64,000 nucleotides of DNA from Octopus sinensis. Its lineage: Eukaryota. Numbering within the stretch: the stretch's first letter is position 1; each line of letters begins with the position of its first letter. The notes under the pieces were generated by a model. The model did not search any database. It worked only from the letters and a program-made list of their open reading frames with translations, and was not told the DNA's origin. Location: assembly GCF_006345805.1 (NCBI RefSeq), contig NC_043012.1, positions 28,706,001 to 28,770,000 of the forward strand, read 5' to 3'. Of the stretch, positions 54,141 through 64,000 are shown in pieces. The translations under genes and the position numbers were made by a program.

Positions 54141-54716
54141 TTAACCATAACCGGTTGATTGCATGCTAACTACCTGATAAAATCAAACATAGATTTTATC
54201 CTAAATTTTAAAATATATTAAAAATATATAATTTCACCAAAACCAAAATTATTCACTGCTGAATTACTTCGTTATTAACACTTGGTCGAAATACAACGAA
54301 CCAGATTTTGAATTTTTATTTTGTATATATGTACCAACAAAATATTTGCACTGTAAAGCAGTTGTGTTCATGGGTACGTATATTTGTTTGTTTATATGCA
54401 TTTGGGTTGTATTACATTGATGATGGAAAAAGAGGTTTCTCTCTTAATCCTGAAATCAATTGATACATAATTGTACCGTTTCATGATTCTGTTTCGTTTA
54501 TTTGCACGAGGACGACGCGTGTTTATAGTTTTAAGATATCTCAAGGTAGTTTAGAGACATTTGGCGTTTTAGCCTAGCGTTCAGATGGGCCTGTATACGT
54601 ACTAGATTGCCCTTAATATACATTTATAAATTCATTAATATAAACTTTACCGGTTGATTGCATGCCAACTACCTGATAAAATCACATACCGATTTTATCC
54701 TAAATTTTAAAATATA

Positions 54717-54880
54717 TAGGTGTAGGAGTGGCTGTAAGGTAAACAGCTTGCTTACCAACCACATGGTTCCAGGTCCAGTCCCACTGCATGGCACCTTGGG
54801 CAAGTGCCTTCTACTATAGCCTCGGGTCGACCAAAGCCTTGTGAGTGGATTTGGTAGCCGGAAACTGAAAAAAGCCCGTC

Positions 54881-54924
<44 letters not shown>

Positions 54925-55125
54925 GTATGTGTGTGTGTTTGTCACCCCAACATCGCTTGACAACCGATGCTGGTGTGTTTACGTCCATGTAACTTAATGG
55001 TTCGGCAAAAGTGGCCGATAGAATAAGAACTAGGCTTGCAAAGAATAAGTCGTGGGGTCGATTTGCTCGACCAAAGGCGGTGCTCCTGTAAGGCCGTATT
55101 CAAATGACAGAAACAAAAGAATAAA
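54717..55125 (+). mobile_element. SINE family A, full length
   Basis: Head, caccttgggcaagtgcctt core and tail all present. Confidence 0.85.
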
Positions 55126-55215
55126 AGAATATATATATATATGCATGTATACATGTGTATATATATATATATATGCATATGTATATATGTATACCTATAT
55201 ATATACATACATATA

Positions 55216-55270
<55 letters not shown>

Positions 55271-55440
55271 GTATATATGTATGTATGTATGTATGTTGTA
55301 TGTATGTATGTATGTATGTATGTATGTATATATGGAATACTTACTATGAAGCATTGTGTAGAGCATATAGTATAAAGAAGCCCGTCGTATATATATATAT
55401 ATAATATATATATATATATATCATGATTCTATATATATAT

Positions 55441-56312
55441 CGTGGGTAAGGCCAGAACAATGCGAAATAAATACAAAGCAAATCACAAGAAACAAATATA
55501 TGAATTAATGTAGACTTACATTGCATTCAATATTTCGAGGTTATGACCTCATTTTCAAGAAATTAACGAATGTTGCCGATGTGCATGTATGTGAGATTGT
55601 GTGGAGTGGACATGCGTGGATAGGTGTTGCTATAGCAACCGGCTAGCTTCCTATAATTCTCTTCTGTTGTTGATATTTGGTTTAATTTGGTGTATGAAGA
55701 GATTCCAATGTTGCCCCAGTTCCGCTGCGTTGCCCTGATGTGCACGTGAATTCCCGGGTCTGCCATTTCGGTAGATGTTTCTTCACGGAAGTGTCTGCCT
55801 GTTTTTGTTCCTTTAGGCGTATATGTCCCATCAACCATCACTGATCCTGAATCGTGTCAGAGGACCTATGTTGCATACGAGATAATCTGTGGCGCATCCT
55901 ACATAGGGAGCACAAGATAGCTGCATATACGCACAAAGGAACACATGCAGGCAGGCATTTCCGTGAAGGAACATCTGCGGAAAGGTGAGACCCGGGTATT
56001 CACAGGTAACACAGCGGAATAGGGACAACCTTGGAATCTCTGCGGTCATGCTCATACATCAAAGGAAACTAAATATCAACAACAGAAGAGAGTTGTAAGA
56101 AGCTAGCTGGTTGCTATAGCAACAGCTTTCCGTGCATGTCCACTCCACATACGGTCACACACACGCACATCGGGAACATACGTTAATTCCTTAAAATGGA
56201 GTCATTACCCCAAAATATTGAATGCAAGGTAAATCTACATTAATTCATATATTTGTTTCTTGTGATTTGCCTTGCATTTACTTCGCATTGCATTGTTCTG
56301 ACCTTACCCACG
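55441..56312. mobile_element. Diverged PLE remnant in inverted, tails-out configuration
   Basis: 55441 to about 55830 is an imperfect reverse complement of about 55900-56312. The plus strand has CGASYIGSTR, a GIY-YIG second motif. Confidence 0.65.
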
Positions 56313-56343
56313 ATCCTTTGGACAATATGAATATATATATATA

Positions 56344-56384
<41 letters not shown>

Positions 56385-56951
56385 GTCCTAGTCGAAAGAC
56401 GCCTATTTGTGATGTCCTGTTATTGTTGTTATTATTATTATTATTATTATTATTGTTGTTGTTTTTCCGTATTATTTTTGTGTTCATATTCGTGTAACAT
56501 CGTCCGTTTTCCTGTCCTTGTTTTGTATACATTCCAAGCTTTCTTCCAATGAATCTAATGCGCTTAGCTTAGTTTTTCCTTGGAGCTGGCCAGATTGGAG
56601 CAATATCAAGATTAATCAGCCGAAATTGTGAGGATGATCTGGTTCTTGAGTGAAGATTGAAGGTTTCGAATGTCCCGTCCGTGTTTTTTGTATCGTCTTC
56701 TAAATGTTTTGCGTTCTTGTCACAGTGTGTATATTTTATATATATATATATATAAACACGGATTTTTGTCAGTGAACAGGTCGCGGATTTTAGCGACGAA
56801 AATATTTTGACAAATTAAACTTAAATGTTGAAGTGAATCGAACGGCTTTTGTGTGTTTCTTAAATGGCTTATAAACACCTTCAACGCTGCAATTGTTTTC
56901 GTTTCAGCACACGATCTCAGATCAAATTACTTGCTATGCGAGTACATCTCC

Positions 56952-56998
<47 letters not shown>

Positions 56999-57089
56999 AT
57001 ATATATCTATATATGTATATATATATACACACCACACAAGCAGAGATACCCGGCGTTGCTCGAATCACAATGGCATAGTTTTTTTGTTG

Positions 57090-57290
57090 TTTTCCTTGTT
57101 TCGGTCATATGAGTGCGGCTTTGCTGGAGCACCACCTTTCGTCGAAGAAATCAACCCAAGATTTATTCTTTGTAAGCCTAGTACTTATTCTATCGGTGTT
57201 TTCTTTTACCAAATGGCTAAGTTACGAAGACGTAAACACAGCAGCATCGGTTGTCAAGCGATGGTGGGGGTACAAACACAGATGTACACA
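57090..57290 (-). mobile_element. SINE family A, 3' half
   Basis: gctggagcaccacc...tttgtaagcctagtacttattctatcgg...catcggttgtcaagcgatg. Confidence 0.75.
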
Positions 57291-57329
57291 CACACAAATA
57301 TACACATATGTATATACACATATGGCTTT

Positions 57330-59650
57330 TGAAGCCTGCCAAAGACATACATGCTCTTTGACAATTAGTGCAAGAAAACTTGGTGATTGTATAGTTTACA
57401 GCTCCAAGAACTTTACTATGCATTTTCATGCCACTTTTTGGTCTGCATACTTTTTGACAGAGTATGCATTCGAAATCATCTGTCCATCTATAATCAATGT
57501 CTGGTTGTGCAATGTGTGATTTCATATTGCTTTTCCTATTGCCCAGCCTTAGACAAATCTTTCCACATTCATCACGTTCATTAATGCTTGTTAAAACAAA
57601 ATTTTTGTCATTCTTTCTCATTTTTCTTTTGATCTTTGCATGCTCCATTCTTTTCCTTTCAAATTTATTTTTTCCTTCATACACAACTGTCTTCTATTTT
57701 CTCGACAATGAACTAAATCGTCCCAATTGTCAATTGGAACATTTATCTTTTTCAATCCCGACTTCAGAAATTCTTTGTACCTCATCTTTGTTTTGTAGAA
57801 CGGACGCTTACTTGCCACCAATTCTCCGTAAAAAAGTTGTTTAAGCATTCTGTTGTCTGTCATTCTGACTAAGTGTCCACTCCATCTCAATTCTGAGACA
57901 TTGTTGATGAAAACGTTCTATATGTTTTAAATGCTTACGATATTCAATCCAGGTTTCGTAAGCATACAATAAAGAGGTTAAGATACATATCTAGACCATA
58001 GGCGGTATTCCAGTTTGCCAAAAGCAAAACTGGCTCTTTCTGAATGCGTGGTGACACTTCATCATGAAGATTTGCTGTTGCGTTCAGTGTGCTCCCTAAG
58101 TGAACAAACAGAAACCACAGCAACTTTTCTTCCATATACGAAGATACCAGGTTCTATGTATGGCATTCCTGGTGCTGGCTGAAACATGACAACAGTTTTG
58201 GTTAAATTTATGGTTAAGCCAAGTGCCTCACAAGCCATTGAAATTACATTCATAAGATTTTGCATGCCCTCCACAGTACGAGTGACAATATCACAATCAT
58301 CTGCACAGAGAAGAGTTGAGGACCTCCTTGATTTAGCTGACAGTCTTCTGATGTTAAAAAAATTTCCTGTTGTGCGATATCTGATATACATATACCTTTA
58401 TAAGAGCCTTTGAAAGCCAATTGAAAAAATGTAGTAAAATAGAGGGTGAAGAGAGTGAATGCTAGTATGTCACCTTGTTTTACTCCATTCATGACAGAGA
58501 TAGGCTCCGAGAGCTTTCCACAAATGTTGATCCTTACTTCCATGCCATCATGAAACCGCTTCAGAATAGTGAGAAACTTAACCGGGCATCCAAGTCTCCT
58601 CAAGATCTCCCACAAAGCAGTTCGATTGACTGAGTCAAAAGTTTTAGTAAGATCAATGAATACCTGATAAAGTCCTGTTAGTTGTTCCATACACTTTTCC
58701 TGTAACTGCCGTGCAGAGAAGATCATGTCAACAGTACCCCTAACATTTCTGAATCAACTCTGTGATTCAGGAATAATCTCATTAGCCACATATATCTGCA
58801 GCCGGTCCAACATTATTCGTGATAAAGCATTACCAGCTGTAGTAAGCAAGCAAATGCCACGAAAGCTATTCTATTCATCCTTTTTGTCCCTAAGCTTTGA
58901 ACACAACTTCCATGACTAAATCCTTCCAGTCTTTTGGCATAACTTCATTTTTACACATTTTCTGTATTACTGCTGTCAGCATTTCTAGCAAGTAGTACCC
59001 CACAAACTTAAATAGTTCTACATTCAGACTATCAACTCCCAGTGCTTTGCCATTGTTCAGCTTTGATACCGCTTTTATTGTTTCTTCCACTGACGGGGTA
59101 TCATCTAAGCAGTCAATGGGTGCATTCTGTGGAATTATATCAATACCTTTTTCATCAACAACTGATGGTCGATTCAGAAGTTCATTGAAATGTTCCTCCC
59201 ATCGTTTTAAGATGTCTTTGGGCTCCTATTCTTCACATGAACCAAAGTAGGACATCATGGCCCATACACCTCACGAAGGAGAGTATATAACAACTTAGTG
59301 TTCTTAACATTGGAAGCAGCCTCTATCTCTTCTGCTTTTTTTCCGCCTCCAAGTATCCTGCATGCCTCGAATTTTTCTTTGCACATCTACTTTTATCTCT
59401 TTGAAAAAAAACTCTATTTTGGTCAGAATCATTTGCTAGTAATGAATGCAATGCTTTTCGTTTTTCTTCCAACAACTGTTGAATATTTCTATCACTTTCA
59501 TCAAACCAATCTTGATGTTTCTTCTTTACTCGTAAAACTTTACTTATATTGTATAGCTGTCCTCTGAAGTCCATCCACTCATCTATCCAATCCAAATTTT
59601 CGATTTTCTGCTGAAATTCTATTCTAACTGTTTTATCCTTAATGATAAGC
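57330..59650 (-). mobile_element. Degenerate RTE-clade LINE
   Basis: MIFSARQLQEKC.EQ, FIDLTKTFDSVNR, GVKQGDIL, ADDC and RWSGHLVRM.DNRMLKQLFYGEL. Many frameshifts. Confidence 0.88.
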
Positions 59651-59759
59651 AATGTGAGATAATAGTTTCACTTTTAATAATTTCGCTATTAATAGTTTTA
59701 CTATTAGATACATAATAGAAGTATTAATAGTGAAACTATTAAAACTGGAACTATTATTT

Positions 59760-60003
59760 CACATTACAATGGAGATGTTATTGTTTCACTTTTGACAGGT
59801 AATACCGAGGCAGTGTAAGAGATTGTTTCGTGCTGTCATTAGGCATGAAGATGCAATTTTTTGGTCCATGACACTCCATGGATCTTACGTTGTGTATGTG
59901 TAAAATTTGAATGAAATCGGTCGGATAGTTCTCGGGTTTTAGCAATGCACATATACATGCAGACAGACAAATAGACACACATTCTCAGTTTTATATATCT
60001 AGA
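59760..60003 (-). mobile_element. Non-autonomous Helitron-like 5' end
   Basis: A|TCTAGATATATAAAA start at 60003, then ctgtctg...ccgatttcattcaaattt, typical of Helitron-derived 5' ends (recalled). Confidence 0.5.
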
Positions 60004-60098
60004 TATGTATATATATATATATATATATATGCATATATATATATGTATATATATATATATGTATATATACATATATGTATATATATATATGTATATAT

Positions 60099-60210
60099 AT
60101 TGATAAAAATAGTAAGACAACAAAAGAAAGAAAGAGACCTCGATATTATGTAAATAGAGGAATTTATCTGTAAATGTAATATGTGACAATTATTCGGTTG
60201 CCATGATAAA
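60099..60210 (-). mobile_element. Short terminal fragment of the element at 38032-38305
   Basis: Reverse complement of about 38192-38305 with few differences. Confidence 0.85.
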
Positions 60211-60240
60211 GCCATGATATATATGTATATATATATATAT

Positions 60241-60294
<54 letters not shown>

Positions 60295-60429
60295 GTATTA
60301 TATATATATATATAATATATTATATATATATATATATATGTATATATGTGTATATATATGTGTATATATGTGTATATATGTATATATATACGTATATATG
60401 TGTATATATACATATAAAACTTATATATG

Positions 60430-62965
60430 TTTCGACAAAAGATTGATCCAGGCCATGTCTAACTTAATAGCACCACCTGATAGGATTATTTGAATCCTGT
60501 TTAAGTCAAGTTTTGTTTATGGTCCATTCAAGTAGTGAGTTTTTGTTTGGTGAGTTGTATCCAATTATGGGTGGCTTATCTGGTATTCTTTGAAGGAATC
60601 TATCCAGACTCCGTTTAAAGTTGATGGGATCCTTTTCCTCTTTGATCTCTTTCGGGACAATGTTAAATAGGGCAGGGCCTGTTGAGGAAAAGAAATTATG
60701 TTGCAGTGTACATGTATGCTGTGATCTTGAATTGGGTAGGGGACGTATGGCCCGTGGTCCCAGTCTTGGATGAAACTTGAAGCTAATGTTCAGGTCGCTT
60801 GGGCAAAGTTGGCGGTATATTCTCCACATCGTACAAATGATGTACCGCTCACGGCGACGCTGGAGAAAGTAGAGTTTCAAGACTTTAAAGCGATCCCAAT
60901 AATCGAGAGCAGCCATCTCTGGGGTGATTCAATCCTCGAGATGTTTTGTCTTGTATGGGGAGACCACAGTGGGCAGCAGTATTCGAGGTGTGGCCGTACA
61001 AAGAGGAGAAAAGTGTATGATGACACCTGTGTCTCTGGACCGGAAAGTTCTTAAGATCCAGGAACTCATCTTACGAGCTATATCGACCTTCTTGTTGATG
61101 TGTGCACTCCAACTGAGATCGTCATCAACAATTACACTCATGTCTCTGATATTGTTAGAGGCTGTGAGCGGTTCCCCTGAAGGAAGAGAGTATGGCTGTT
61201 TTAGTGAGGAATTTCTTCCAAAATGCATCAGCTCAAATTTTCCCTCGTTCAGTTGCATTTTGTTTCTGTCTGCCCATTGACTCACAGCATATAGATCAGA
61301 CTGGAATTGAGTTCGGTCTGCTTCTTCATTGACGATTTGCTGGAGCTTAGTGTCATCAGCAAATATTTTCACTTTGCAGTAATGTACGACACTGGAAAGG
61401 TCGTTTATGTAAACTATGAAGAGTAGCGACCCAAGACAGTCCCCTGGGGGACATCGCTGGTGACTTTTGCTGGGCTTGAGCGGACTACATCAACTACAAC
61501 ATGTTGTGTTCTATTCGCCAGGAAGTACTTAATCCAGTGTAGAAATTTTCCACGGATTCCAACATTTGCTAATTTTGAGAGTAGGATATTATGGTCTACC
61601 CTGTCGAACGCTTTACTGAAGTCAAGATATATGACATCAGAGTTCGAACCTGTTCCCGAGGCTTTGAGTACATCTTCAATGTGGTGTAAGAGCTGTGTTA
61701 GACAGTCCCTGCTACAGCGAAATCCATGTTGATTTGCATTTAGGAGTTTGTGGGTCTCCAGGAAGTCAGCTATCCTTGATCTTAACACTCTTTCAAACAC
61801 TTTAATGATGTGGGAGGTGAGTGAGATTGGGCGATAGTTGAGTGCGAGGGATCTGTTTCCCTGTTTGAAAAACGGGATGACTAACTGGGATAGAAACTGT
61901 TTCGGTATATAACCTGCGTCTAACGAATTTCTCCGGAGGTTGGTCAGAGGGACTGCAAGTTGGTGTCTACATTCCTTCAGGAGACTAGCAGGAAATCTAT
62001 CAGGGCCTACAGCAGAGTAGTATTGACCTCATTTATTACTGCTATGATGTCAGTGGCAGTGAAGGTTATGTCTGAGATTTTATGTTGGGAGTCAACTTCG
62101 TTCGCTTCTCTTACGTCAATATCAGTGGGAACACTGAAGACAGAGCAGTATTGTTTCTGCAGTATTTCTGCCATTTCTTTAGCATCGTGCTGGGGAATGC
62201 CGTTATCATCAATCAATGGCCCAATGGGCGAGACAGTGGTTCTATGCTTATTTGCATAAGAATAGAACACTTTTGGCTTCTGTTTGATGTTTTTGATTAC
62301 CCACTGTTCCTCCACAGCTCTTTGATTTTCAATGGAGGTTTTCATGTCGGTCTGCAGATGAAGTTTTTCCAGCTCTAGCCTTTTCATTGTTGTTGAATGT
62401 GGATGTTGTGTGTGGGAATATTTTAAGTGGATGATATTTTTGTTGAGTCTTTTGATGCGCCTGATGAGTGTTTTTTTCTTTTTAGAGAGCCGGTTTCTGT
62501 TTGTGTTAGTAGATTTCGTGGGAGCGTGTTTAGAGCATGTATAGGTGACAATGTTTTCAAAGTGCTGCCATGCGGTCTCAATATGGGTGAAATTGAGAGT
62601 AAAAGACCAGTCGATGAAAGACAGATCCTTTCTGATTGCTTCCCAGTCCGTTTTGTGAAAGTTTATGTTGTCAAATGAGTGCCATGGAGTGGGATTGGCT
62701 GGTTTGGTTTTTATATGTCGGGAATTAAAATTTCAGAGTACCATGTCGTGGTCTGAGAGGAGAGTTTTTTTCAACTGAAATGCTGTCAACGAAGCTAGAG
62801 TGATTGGTTAATACCAGATCCAAGATCGTTTTATTCTGTCTCGTTGGTTCGAGCACTAGCTGAGTCAGGAAGTATTCATCCATCAGATTAAAGAGCAGTT
62901 CTGCTGCTGCTCTATCTGATGTAGAGCATTTGCCTAACTTCAGAGTATTTGTGGGCCAGTTCACA
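60430..62965 (-). mobile_element. Degenerate CR1/L2-type LINE (endonuclease end, RT, 3' end)
   Basis: PTRQNKTILDLVLTN, QHGFR..RDCLTQLL, DVIYLDFSKAFDRVDH, VPQGTVLG, IFADDTKL and LQRRRERY. Confidence 0.9.
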
Positions 62966-63019
62966 TATATGTATATATATGTATATATATACATATATGT
63001 ATATATATATATACGTATA

Positions 63020-63075
<56 letters not shown>

Positions 63076-64000
63076 ATATATATAATATATATATAATATG
63101 TACATATATATGAATATAAATATGTATATATATGTGTGTGTATATATATGTAGGAAGCGGTGCTTCCTAGGGCTACATAATAGTAGTATTCTTCCCTTTC
63201 ATGGGACTGACACATTAAGTTGACAACTTACCGCCACCACTATATATACACACACATATATGAGTGTGTACATGTGTATGCGCGCATGCGAGTAAACTTT
63301 TCCAGTAATATATTTACTTAGGGTGACTGTGTCTACTTCACAAGGGCTGTTCATAGAAAGACTAAAGAAGTAAGCGAAACAAACTAGTCCCACCACCACT
63401 TCAGCATCAACATCATCATCACTAGCATTGCTTTCAACACTCTTATCACTATAAAAAGCTTAATCATCATCATCATAATGACACTATTCAACAACGCCGA
63501 AAACAGCAGACGACATCATTGTACAGTACAGCACACTACGCTCCACAACACAACAGGTCTATACACATGCCCAAAACACAGTCACGTCTCATCTCAAATT
63601 CAGCGGTGTGATGTAACAGAACCGCTAATCCATAAGTAAACCAGCCGTGCTTCAACTTACTTTGGAGCAGAGAAATTAATAGAATACGGGTTTATTAAAT
63701 AGAACTAATCAATTTCCTAACCGGTTCAGTCCTCATCCAATGCTATCCCCGACTGGTAGAACAATTCCTCAACATATATTCTCCTCAATTCACCGCCACT
63801 TTTGCCCTTGCTTCTAGCAATATTTGTGTCTGCCACCTCTGTCATCACTATCAACTCACCATCAACTACACAAAAACAATATCAACACCTCAGAGCACAA
63901 GGAACACAATGAAGGAAAAATGGGAAAGGAGTCGACGGAATAAAACTCAGAAAACATCTAAGCCAATATCGTAATACAATATTTACAGAGGAGAAAATTG

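Noticed and set aside
63226-63245. TGG TGG CG|gtaagt on the minus strand, which would splice to give WWRYLG as the end of Wnt exon 1
   Set aside because: The preceding in-frame codon is TAG, and there is no upstream ATG/signal peptide or polypyrimidine acceptor.
63199-63399. Hydrophobic ORF MVVGLVCFAYFFSLS as the Wnt signal-peptide exon
   Set aside because: No phase-2 donor at a suitable position, and the frame runs into dinucleotide repeats.

Overview
AT-rich, microsatellite-dense eukaryotic DNA with a repeat landscape like an octopus/coleoid cephalopod genome (inference from recurrent tRNA-derived SINE families and extreme (TA)n content). One host gene is supported: a minus-strand Wnt, most likely WntA, with three coding exons (52271-52015, 27484-27216, 19914-19453) whose GT-AG boundaries and phases join in frame. 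The signal-peptide exon was not found in the window. The rest is mostly transposon debris: R4/Dong-, RTE- and CR1-type LINEs, several Penelope-like elements (PLEs), mariner, piggyBac, Chapaev-like and Helitron remnants, about 20 SINE copies and MITE/foldback hairpins. The most interesting signal is a set of minimal type-I hammerhead ribozyme motifs in several unrelated PLE terminal regions. Several carry the compensatory U3:A8 core (UUGANAA instead of CUGANGA) and a palindromic stem III, and most lie in the sense orientation of the Wnt pre-mRNA. One truncated copy starts within 1 nt of a predicted cleavage site. Most ORFs in the supplied track are microsatellite artefacts. No database searches were run, family names come from recognised motifs, and TE boundaries are approximate unless stated.
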